Origin: Amoebophrya sp. A120
Lineage: Eukaryota > Protista > Dinoflagellata
Direction of reading: 5' to 3'
Assembly (NCBI GenBank): GCA_905178155.1
Contig: CAJINV010000013.1
Span: forward strand, 300,344-364,343
Length of the DNA: 64,000 nt
The notes below the pieces were generated by a model, which made no database searches, was not told the DNA's origin, and worked only from the letters and a program-made list of their open reading frames with translations. This document shows, in pieces, positions 54,125 to 64,000 of the stretch. Both the position numbers and the translations under genes were made by a program. Numbering within the stretch: position 1 is the stretch's first letter; every line of letters starts with the position of its first letter.

Positions 54125-56407
54125 TCACAGTAGATCTTCATCAGGCATCGTATCAGAATCACCATCGACAGCTAAGGCGTTAGCCAGCTGCAACACGTCG
54201 CGCGAGACATCACCAACCAGAATTTTTTCAAAGTAGCCGGGCATGCTAAAACTTTCGTGCATTTCTTGAAACAATGAAGGGAAAACACTAAGCAACACTT
54301 GCATTTTTTCATCCCTAGTGGGATAGTCCGCCAGGTTGTAACCTGACGGCACCCGCGTGTTCCACGGCTTCATGTCGTGGACTGCCGCCAGCGTCCAGAA
54401 CTCCGCACACAGCCGGGAGAAAATCCACTTCTGCTTCCCGCTCTTCCCTTGCGAGAGCAAGCTCTCCTGCGCACACGTGTTGTCGATCGCGTGATCGAAG
54501 CGCTTTCCTGCTAAATCACGGCAGAAAAAGCGGATGGCTAACGGAGCCACAGCGGTCTCCAGCACGTTTATCGGGTAGAGCTTGTAGTCCGCGTGCAGGA
54601 GCGAAGCCCACGCCGACTGTCGGACACACTTGAAAGCCCCGTTTTCAACGTACACCGCCGCTAGTGCTCCTTTCTTGTCCGACCACTGGGCGTCGGTGTA
54701 CAACAGCGCGTTGGACACCGACTCGCTCTCGAGCGTGAGGCTTCTTTTGAGTGGCAATTGCGTCACTCTTTTTACCGCATGAAGCGCAGCTGCTACTGCT
54801 GCGGAGACCTCCCTCTGCTCTTTGGTCAAGTGCTGTCGTAGTGGTTTCAGAAGAGGATTGAGGGCGCGGTCGGCTACTGCTGCCAGAATAAAAGTAAGCG
54901 TTCCCACTAGTTCGTTGGCAGAAGAAGGCTCCAGGATCATTGCAGTCAGTGCCTCGTCGCACGCAGTTGTAATTTGCTGTTTTTTCGCTGGCGTGACCTG
55001 CACGGTCGGCACGCCGGATCTTACGTCGAAGAGTAAACCAAGTACTTCTAGTAAGTCCGCAGCTTTTATTTTGTCCGTCATCGCCGGCAGGCCGAGTAGT
55101 TCTAAGAATTCTAGTAAGATGTCTCGCACCGTGTTGCCAAGTCCTTTGAGGACAAAATTTGGATAATCATCCACGTAGTCCTCGCTGTTCAGCAGATAGT
55201 GCAGGCGGAGGACTGATCTTACTAATTTTCCCGGCCTGCGCCAGCCGGTCACGCTGTGCCGGCTCCCGAAAATAGCCGACACAGCGACGAAACGATGGCA
55301 CTTGTTGTCGTCCAAGTTGTAAGCCAGCAAAGTGTTATACTTTCTGTGCTCCACCTTAACCATTAGGTTATTATAACACTTTGCTATATCTAGCAATACA
55401 GCTTCCAGGTCGTTGAGAGTGCTGTTCTGCACACGCCTGCATTTGCGGTTTGGAAGAAGTTCTGCACACGCGAACTCTGCTTTGGCTTCGCGACCTGGTT
55501 GCACTGCACCTGTCTTCACAAGATCGTCGTCTAATTTGCTGCACACACCCGGCGCAAACTGGTGGAATTGTTTTTCATATCTCTTTTCCGCACTCCTACA
55601 CTTCTGCAATACTTTGCGGCTGTGCTTCACAATCTTTCGCCCTGCCAGATCTGGATCACGTGCCACTGCGGCGTTGGCGAGGACATCCAACGCGCTCGGG
55701 ATGGGCACCCGCTTGTCCAGCGGGGAGCACTTATTTGCGCTGATTGCCGGGTCGATCATTCTGGTTTTATTTTTCTGATTGCGGAAGAAGCGCCTGTAAC
55801 CGAAGTACACTTTCTGCTGCTCTTGCTGATTAGCTGCAATATCGTCAGCGATCGGGTACGGTCCTTGCAGGAGCGCGTAGCCCAGCTCCGGGACGACATC
55901 CGTTTCCTGCACACAACGGCTCCACACCATGCGGATGTCGTCGTCTTTCCACTTGGGTTTCCTGTGTACCCCTCTTAACACATCCTGCACAATCTTGCTC
56001 GGCACGAAGTCCTCCACAGCATCACGCATTTTATCGCGCCTCTGCCTCGGCGACCAAGTCGGATCCACCTTGCACTTCCCTATCATGTCCAAACCGGTGA
56101 GCCACGCGTCCCATGCGGTGGGATCCGACTGGTGGTAGGTCTTGCCGAGGTGCTCCCAAAGCCCTAAGTGGCTGCACACTTTGGGTTTCCTGATCTCTGG
56201 ATCAATTTGCGCAAACAGCTCGTCAGACCTAGCGGCGGTTTGCGCCGCCCATTCCTTCATCTGCTGGCGCTTTTGCAGGAGCAGCTCTTTGCTGAGCATG
56301 GCCGGGTTGGGAAGATGTTGTGCCTTTTCGAACGGGTGGTTGCGTATCGCGTCAAGCTGCACTCTCTTAAGCACGTTATGGACATCATTGACTGTTGGCA
56401 GCGGCAT
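54125..56407 (-). CDS. Reverse transcriptase-RNase H, DIRS type
   Basis: LDIAKCYNNL, FGSRHSV, YVDD, YTDA, RVPSGYNLADYPTR; colinear with 42257-44566. Confidence 0.93.
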   Translation of the reverse strand: MPLPTVNDVHNVLKRVQLDAIRNHPFEKAQHLPNPAMLSKELLLQKRQQMKEWAAQTAARSDELFAQIDPEIRKPKVCSHLGLWEHLGKTYHQSDPTAWDAWLTGLDMIGKCKVDPTWSPRQRRDKMRDAVEDFVPSKIVQDVLRGVHRKPKWKDDDIRMVWSRCVQETDVVPELGYALLQGPYPIADDIAANQQEQQKVYFGYRRFFRNQKNKTRMIDPAISANKCSPLDKRVPIPSALDVLANAAVARDPDLAGRKIVKHSRKVLQKCRSAEKRYEKQFHQFAPGVCSKLDDDLVKTGAVQPGREAKAEFACAELLPNRKCRRVQNSTLNDLEAVLLDIAKCYNNLMVKVEHRKYNTLLAYNLDDNKCHRFVAVSAIFGSRHSVTGWRRPGKLVRSVLRLHYLLNSEDYVDDYPNFVLKGLGNTVRDILLEFLELLGLPAMTDKIKAADLLEVLGLLFDVRSGVPTVQVTPAKKQQITTACDEALTAMILEPSSANELVGTLTFILAAVADRALNPLLKPLRQHLTKEQREVSAAVAAALHAVKRVTQLPLKRSLTLESESVSNALLYTDAQWSDKKGALAAVYVENGAFKCVRQSAWASLLHADYKLYPINVLETAVAPLAIRFFCRDLAGKRFDHAIDNTCAQESLLSQGKSGKQKWIFSRLCAEFWTLAAVHDMKPWNTRVPSGYNLADYPTRDEKMQVLLSVFPSLFQEMHESFSMPGYFEKILVGDVSRDVLQLANALAVDGDSDTMPDEDLL

Positions 56408-57095
56408 GATGCCTTGCCGGAGATTGAAACTAAAAACTTGTAGCCAGCCTGATGTGCTAAGCTAGACCTTAGCTTCACAATAAAAGAGAAAGACACAACC
56501 ATCTACCCAATTTGCAGTCTCTTTTGGCCTTTTACTTCTTGCTCTGGCTTTTGGCAGCGTCAATTCCCCACGAGTTATCTTCTACCGACGTACTTTGCAT
56601 GCGATGCGGTCACACCGACTTCATGCTACCGAGGACTCTTCCTTCTTGCTAATGCTGCATTTGCGCGACTGTTGTATATTTCGATACAACCGATGACCTG
56701 CGAGCGCATTTCAGAACACTGTGAACTTCACATAGGTGCCAGGCACACTATGACACCTCGGCGCTGATTTTTTACATGCTGATTTTCTTTCGACTGCAAT
56801 CACATGCGCATTCTTGAAATGCTCAGTCTCTCGAGCTCGTGTGGCAACCTCTCTTTGCATTCAGTTCAGTGTATTGAAAAATTCATCGTCACATGTAGTC
56901 TTGCAGTGAGCCTTATTGTAAGGTAAAAAATTCAAATGCGATTTTACATTTTCTCACGACGGATGCTGCATAGATATAAAGTGACACTTTCCAAATTTAA
57001 ATTTCTAATAAACAATAATCTTTGCGTTTTTTCAACAGACATACGCAACATCCGCCGCGAGACAAAAAAGACATAAAAGCGGGTGACCTACACGA

Positions 57096-58476
57096 TTACT
57101 CAGTGGCAGTAGTAGTGGAAGCAGCAGTGGTGGTAGTCGTAGGGGGCGTTGCCTTAACTTCTGGGCACCAAGATTCAAAAGCAATATTCTGAAACTTATG
57201 CGAAAGCTTTCCTTTCTGAGTCTTCTGATAGTCTTCTAACGACAATTCGCCCTTAGCTGGGTGTTTGTATTCACACTGGTTTCCCCACTTGCACTGCCCA
57301 CCGCTCGTCATGTAGGTATGGCACAACGGTGCAAACCCCTTTTTTCCTTTCCCTTTTCCACCTGATAGTATTACAATGTGCAATTTGCATGACAGATAGC
57401 TGGTATGCAAGCAAAGGCTTCTAAGAAATGCCAATCACGACGCTGGGCAGTGTAAGCGCATCACAAATAGTAGACAAAGACCTTCAAAGCCGACCTCTCT
57501 TTCCACCGCCGCCGTTGTTGTTGTATCCTTTTCCGTACGGTCCACCATTGGCCTGCTGCGCCACCTGGGCCTGCAGTGCCTGCAGCGCCTCCTGCTGCTT
57601 CTTCAAATCCGCGGTGGCGGCCGCGATGGTGGCGCTGGCCTCCTTGGTGACCTCGGCGGTCTGCTCACGCATCGATCTCTGTTTCTGCATCTCCTCCTGC
57701 CACTGTCTGCTGAACCTCGCCTCGGCGAAGAAAATCCTCACTCTTTGCTCGTAATTCGTCCCCTGCTGCGCGTCGTCCGACGTAATGGACTCGCTCTTGG
57801 CCAGTATGCTGCCGAAACACTTGTCCGCCACCTCCTTGGACAAGCTCGACTTGCACAGCGTGTAGTTGTTGAGGATCGAGTTGCGACGCTCCACCGAAGT
57901 GATCGGCTCGCGGTCGCGATGCGTTTTGGCCGACATCGCGAACAAAAGCGACGTCACGCTGAAAGGCACGGCCGCCTTGTTACCCTCGTTGTCCTCGCCG
58001 GATTTGAAAATCACGCCTGATAGTGATTGTAGTGAGTAACATGAGATGTGCGTGACATCAGACAGAACAGTAATTCTCTACGACGTGCTTGCATTTTCGA
58101 CATTTCAAACATTCCTACCTTTCTCCCACAAACTCCGCTCATTGACCGCCTTCGCGGCTTTGGTGTGCGCGTCCTTGCTCGGGCGTAACTCCGGCATCGG
58201 CGGGACCAAGGACTGGTAGCTGTCGGCGACCTGCTGGTCTTGCCCGGCGATATAATCGACCAGGCGCCTCCCTTCCGCCGCTGGGAGGGCGCCTGCCGCA
58301 CCTGATGAGTGCGATTTTTTCAATTACTTAGCATAAATTGGACACGACATGTATGATTGCTTCAAATTGCTACTCATGACTGCACACAAAACTTGCATGC
58401 TTCAACAGAAATCAGTGAAATTTGTACCTACGGCGGCTGCTGCGGCAGCAGCGCCATTGTTGTTCGGGTCTGCCAT
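57096..58476 (-). CDS. Gag-like CCCH protein, 4 exons (58476-58428, 58301-58119, 58016-57495, 57361-57096)
   Basis: Three phase-1 GT-AG introns give a continuous frame MADPNNNG...; CHTYMTSGGQCKWGNQCEYKH finger. Confidence 0.75.
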
Positions 58477-58708
58477 TATTTTCCTTTGGTGAGGTGAAAG
58501 CGGTGTACTCTTACGAGAAATTTCCTACGGTGTTTTCATTGGATGAGGTGAATTACGCAACACAAACGACACGCAGCTTTCAGGATCTTGTATGTGCATT
58601 TTGCAGCTCTTCTGAACACTGATTCCACAGGGTGCAATGACTTGGCCTGATTGATTTATTTCTGCTTTTTAATTTCAACAAAAACGCAAGCGCTTGCTAC
58701 ACACGACT

Positions 58709-60145
58709 TTACACACCAGCAAAATTCAGGTCACAAAACATCGACCGCGAGATGTGCGGGATGGATCTTATATAATAAAGCAACATTTGTAGACTTGCCC
58801 ACCTGCAGTGCACTATACAACGCGTGGGATCTAACTTCGCCAGATACAGGTGGGTGGCGCATCCAATTCTAAGGGAGTGGCTGGCTATGTGCTCTTCTTT
58901 CGAGAATATAACATTGAGTATTTTGGACACGTCGAGATCGGTTTTTTCCAACTGCGGAATCACACTTTTTAATTTACACACGCAGAAGCAGGCAGGGTAC
59001 TCAAGTTTTCTCAGTTGATCACAGACGCACTTCACACGGACAAGGCTGTAGGAGTTAACTTTACACGAGGCTTCTTGGAAGTTAAAAATTAAATCACGCT
59101 CCTGGTATTTCATGCTGATCAGCCCGGTAGATTTTGTAAACTTTGTGTCTAACTTCTGGCATTCGCTCTTTCTCAACGCTGCATAAAAGCAGAGCAAAAG
59201 GGCCGTCAGCTGCTTGTAGTGTGGCTTGCCTAACTCCCAGTACGTTTTTAGGTGAGCTATCGCGATGGGTGACTTTTGTCTTTTCCTACCTAAATAGCCT
59301 CTCCTCACAAGTGACGCAAGATCTTTTGAAATTTTCTCACGCTCTGCATCTGAAACGCGACAGCGCGGGTCGCTGAGGACGTCCATGACTGCAGGTTTTA
59401 CGCTGAGATAACCTGCAGCCATACTTTCGCCAATAAACATCCTTATCGAGTTGAAACTCCAGGGCGGGCAGTTGGGCGGGAGGTGCTGCGCTATCTTGAT
59501 GCATCTTGATACCCTCGAGGCCTTGTTGGCATCTGCTTTCGCCGTTGATGTCCTCTCGTCTAACTCCTGCACTGCTTCTGCCAACAAAACCGGATCCCCT
59601 GCGATGGAGAGGGCGAGCTCCATTTTGCCCTTCGCTTTCGACTTCTCTTCAGCAGTTCGTGCGCTCATGACTTCGTCAACTGTGCTTTGTGCCGCTTCTA
59701 ATCTGCTCGTGGCTATGTCGATATGCACGTCTGTTTCATGCTGTCTCGATGTAGGATTATCATGCTTGCGATAGCAGTAAAATGTCTTCTCGCCCGTCTC
59801 CGTGTTAATCCTTTCGACGAGCCGCAGCTTGGCGAAAACTTGTCGCGCATACACTTCCTGCGCCTGCGTTAACCAGAGCTCTCCTAAATACCGTGGCTTC
59901 GGCTGCGGGGCCGTAATCTGTTCGTGGGTGAACAACATTTTTGGTAGAATCTTCGAATCCGTCAACATCGAGTCTGGTAGTCGTGCCCCATCCTGCGCAC
60001 ACGCGCGAACCGCCGCTGCGGCTTGCTTTTCTCCTATCGTCTTCGACAGTTTTTCGAATGTGCTGCAATTATCCGCTGCTTGTGCAGCCATGTCGGACTT
60101 GAGGTCGTCCCAGAAGGACTCGTCATCTTCGTCATCACTGAACAT
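58709..60145 (-). CDS. Tyrosine recombinase
   Basis: FYAALRKSE, HSLRIG, HCRWAS...YY; homologous to 37883-39577; ATG at 60145. Confidence 0.9.
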   Translation of the reverse strand: MFSDDEDDESFWDDLKSDMAAQAADNCSTFEKLSKTIGEKQAAAAVRACAQDGARLPDSMLTDSKILPKMLFTHEQITAPQPKPRYLGELWLTQAQEVYARQVFAKLRLVERINTETGEKTFYCYRKHDNPTSRQHETDVHIDIATSRLEAAQSTVDEVMSARTAEEKSKAKGKMELALSIAGDPVLLAEAVQELDERTSTAKADANKASRVSRCIKIAQHLPPNCPPWSFNSIRMFIGESMAAGYLSVKPAVMDVLSDPRCRVSDAEREKISKDLASLVRRGYLGRKRQKSPIAIAHLKTYWELGKPHYKQLTALLLCFYAALRKSECQKLDTKFTKSTGLISMKYQERDLIFNFQEASCKVNSYSLVRVKCVCDQLRKLEYPACFCVCKLKSVIPQLEKTDLDVSKILNVIFSKEEHIASHSLRIGCATHLYLAKLDPTRCIVHCRWASLQMLLYYIRSIPHISRSMFCDLNFAGV

Positions 60146-62923
60146 TTTGCAGTACAAGGCGTGGGAGGGTGGGAAGAAAAACTACGCCGAAGACGCAGAT
60201 TTCGAGACCCAGCTACCCTTTTTCTATTTCTACGTGCATATATACAGGCACAGAAGGGAACGCGGTGAAGCGGACACTTGTGCCACAGATAAAAGAGCTT
60301 CGGACTCGTCCCTCGCCGTGTATTCTTTTCTCAGCTGTCGCTCGCTTCTCGTTTTCTACACACATGTTTTTACTGGATACGCAAGACCGTCTTGTCCTAT
60401 GAAGCTCCGACGAGCGCGAACGCAAGATCTGCACCGACGCATCGGGCAGGACGACGCCAGGTCGGCACGAGCACGACCGCACGGGGGAGGCACCTTTTTC
60501 CACCACGCTCTCTGCGGAGAGGGTGCCGACCGAGGCACAAAACCCTCCCCCACCAGCGCTCGACGGAGAGTGCGTCAACGAAATCGCACGTCGTACGGCA
60601 ACTTTTCTACGGCCTGCTGCTTTCAACTTTTTGACACTTCTTTCTGATGGCTGCGGCGTCGTGGGATCCTGTCCCTACGAACTGATGTCGACGTGAAGCG
60701 CTGCCTCTCAGGCGAGCCTGATCAGCAGCACTCCTGCAGAACTGCCTGTCGCGCTTGCGCGCTAGGGCCGCCCTGCTGAGCATACGCAACAAGGAGCACA
60801 ACCACCGGTGGGGTGATCTCCGCCTGGACGAAGACCGACCGACCCGCCGAGCGGCAGCGCTGACGCCTGACTACAGCCAGTCCGCTACACAACTGCGCAA
60901 ACAAATGCCTACAGATGCGGACACACTAACGCAGCTTGGCTGCTGCACGCTAACACGCCTACGCGGCGCATGCCGACGTGGTACAGGCTAACAGCGGATC
61001 GCATCCGTACTTTTTCCACACATTTTCCACAGTCTTACCACGACTTTCCACAGTTCTACACGACTGTCGCAGGCGAAGCTGCCTAGCACATGCTAGGACA
61101 CAGCGACGCGAGCAACCCGCTCCTCCTTTTCCACTTTCCACAGACTTTCTACAACATCGACTTCCACATGCACAAGAAGGAACGACACCTGCTGTGGGCA
61201 TGGTTGGTGAATGCCATGAGGTCAAGAAAAACTACGCCGAAGACGCAGACTTCGAGACCCAGCTACCCTTTTTCTATTTCTACGCGCATATATACAGGCA
61301 CAGAAGGGAACGCGGTGAAGCGGACACTTGTGCCACAGATAAAAGAGCTTCGGACTCGTCCCTCGCCGTGTAAGAAAATTGATAACGTGCCTGAGTTTTA
61401 ACGTTGTAAATCATTCAAGATATGATGCGAATAAGCTGCAAAAGCTGAGACGTCAGCTATCTCCTAACTTTTGGGCAATATCTTCACGGTGGCAATTTTT
61501 TTTTTGGAAAACGCACTAACCTGTTGAAAATGGTCGAAACCTACCACAGCTGACCAATTCGATAAGTGCAAGCTTCTACCTCCCGCGCAAGCATCTACCT
61601 CCCATCACTGTATGCCCTCCATGTGATTCGATCAAGTCGATTGACCCTGCTGGGCCGATTTGTCCTCCTCCTTTCACAAAAATAAAGAAAAAACTCCCCC
61701 CCCCCCTTCCTGCATGCACTACTGGCCAAGCGCTTGGCCTCCCGCAGGCGGGCCGCCCTTCTCAGGTCATGGCGCACTCCTCGCACCGGCGGGGCGCGAA
61801 GCATCACCATGCGGAACCCCCCCCCCCCCCCCAAAAAAATGCATTGTGGTCACAAGGAGCGAGGCCCGCGGCCCGGGCCGGCCTCGCCTTGGCTTCCGGC
61901 GTTTCGATCTTGTTCGGGGGCCGTAGCGTTGCCCGCGCGCGACGCGGTGCGCTGCCGCGTCCCGGCCCGGTGCTCGGCTTGAACCTGCCCAAACCCCCGC
62001 ACGGCGGAGGGGCCCTTGCCGCGCGGCGCGCGCGCGTGCCCGCCCAGCCAGGCACTAGCGCCGGAGCTAGTGCCTTGCGCTCCTTCGGCGTCCACATGGA
62101 CCGGCCCAACCCGCTTGGGCCCTACCAAAGCCCCCGAATGCGCTGCCCGACCCCCCCCTTCCCGCGAGGCGGTACGGCCGGGCGGCCCCGCCGGCGCCTT
62201 TGCTTCTTCGCGAGATGCGGCACCCGCCTTGTTTGAAATGTGCTGCCCGTCTTGCTTGGGAACTGGTCGCGGTATCTTGATGGAGATTCGGAGCGTGCGG
62301 CTTTAGGCCATTGGCGGCCCGGGGTCGAGGAAGGAGACCGAAGGGATTCTGCGTCCGCCGGGCCACCAGCGGCTTGCGTTGCAATCCATAGCCGCCGAAC
62401 TCCCCGCCGGGAAAGTCTGCACCGCATGGCCCCGCCAAGGCGGGGCGCCCCGGCCCGCATCTTGGCCCCTGATGCCTCGCGCCGGCGTGCGGATGCCTAT
62501 ACGTTGCCCGGCGTGCCTACGCGATGGCGTCGAGGTATCCCTTTTCTGCAGGGCGCATTTGCGCCCGTGGTTACGGTGCCTGTGAGAGTCGCCGTTTGAG
62601 GCGGCATTGATTTGGTTCTTACTGCGCGCCCCCGTAGAAACGGGCTCTGCGATCGCACATCAAACATCACCCGAGCGCGAGCACCCTCCGCTCGCGTTAC
62701 GTGCAACTCTTCTCCTAAAGTGTGCAGCTCTTCAATTTATTCTCAAACTTGATCTAATCTAATAATTTCTCTCCCGGCCAGTCTCGGTTTATCAGTCTAT
62801 CATTTCTTGCGCTTCAAGTCAGAGCCACTCCAAGTTCCCAATCCTTTATGACAATGCCAGCAGCGATCCAGTCATACTGACTAAAAGCTTAAGCAACTGT
62901 TAGTCTAAATCTACACACTCACT

Positions 62924-64000
62924 TCACGGTTCCCCCTGACTCAGTGCCGTGGACCCAGATCCGTGTTCATTGTTGCAAAGCTTCTGTATAGCATATATAG
63001 TCCGAACTGGCGTGTAAATAGGTAGAAGCAGTTTTCTCCTGTCGCACAACACACACATTCCCACCATGATGGTTCGTCTCTGGATCTCAATTCTGCTACT
63101 GGTCGGAGTGTCCGGGTCATCGGCGTCGTCACACACAAATGCAGGCAGCATCAACGGCGGCGCCAGCAGCGCCGGCAGCAGTGGTATCGCACTTCAGGGC
63201 GGCGGCAATTCTTGGGCAAGCGAATCTCCAGCTGTGGCAGTCCTGCGCATTCTAACGCAAGATCCCTTCATCTCAACCGGATCGATTCAGAGTCCGCAAC
63301 ACGGCGATCAGCCGTACTACTACCTGTCTCAAGCCGAGGCAGATTCGAAGGAAACTCAATTGGCCTTCCTGGCTTCCAAGAGTCATGTCGGGCAGGTGCA
63401 TGTTTTGGCGAGATTTATGAGGAGAATGTTACCGGAAATCGATGTTTTGAAGAAGGTGTTTGCGGTATCTTCAAAGGTGGCTGCACGATCGCAGGTGACT
63501 TCAAAGGCGACGCACCACCAGGCGGTGCAGCTGCAGCTGGACTCGGAGGAAGTGGAGCAGAGTTTGGCCTACTTTCGTGGTCTTGGAGAGACACTGGGGG
63601 GCGGTCTATTCGGCCACCGGGGAAAAAATCTGTCTGCGCTCTATCCAGCAATCGCGGTCCAGGCAGTGTTTCTGGACTTCCTGATGCGTCAGCCGCTCGA
63701 GATGTGGGAAGGATTCGATCAGAGTTTCGGGGAAGAGCGGGTCGTGGTGAAGAAGCAGGTGCGGGAGGCTATCGCATTTTTTCTGGCACAGGAGGAGCAT
63801 GATGATGATGTGGCGGACGAGCCGACCGTGGCGCAGGCGCATGGTAAGCTGCAGTGGAAGGATATCAGAAACAGGATGTGCTGCAGGAGGTCAGCCAGCG
63901 AGAACAAACACATCGCAGCGGGATTGCCGTCTTCTTCGCGCAGACCGGACTCGGATGCACTTTCCAACGCAGACAGTTGTCACAACACAGACGCAAAGAA
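62924..64000 (-). pseudogene. Fragmented host-like coding sequence (3' part of a gene entering from beyond the window)
   Basis: Short protein-like minus-strand ORFs (62924-63154, 63415-63651, 63606-63842) broken by stops and frame changes. Confidence 0.3.

Larger units (their letters stand above)
53718..61372 (-). mobile_element. Tyrosine-recombinase retrotransposon 2, same layout as element 1
   Basis: A1 61224-61372 = A2 60174-60322; B1 60322-60494 = B2 53718-53890; YR-gag-RT on the minus strand. Confidence 0.93.

Overview
Eukaryotic window, probably alveolate or dinoflagellate-like (inference only), dominated by a cluster of retroelements inserted into a short AT-rich target. (1) 9793-36191 is a complete 26.4-kb Ty1/copia LTR retrotransposon with TG...CA ends, an AAAAG target-site duplication and a PBS. 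Its ~6.6-kb LTRs each encode a ~1,460-aa protein, which ends in a CaaX motif in the 5' copy, plus the last ~175 aa of Pol. It carries unusual cargo: an MDM2-type RING ORF, two orphan ORFs, a CCCH gag, and a NADAR + Macro (ADP-ribose-processing) module between gag and the protease. (2) Two divergent tyrosine-recombinase (DIRS/Ngaro-like) retrotransposons lie at 36270-45201 (+) and 53718-61372 (-). Both have the atypical layout A-spacer-BA-YR-gag-RT/RH-B, with GT-AG introns in gag. (3) A non-coding element with the same split-repeat grammar and a tandemly duplicated 3.4-kb module lies at 45475-53475. The flanks hold fragmented low-complexity host genes, degenerate telomere-like hexamers and GC-rich decayed sequence.
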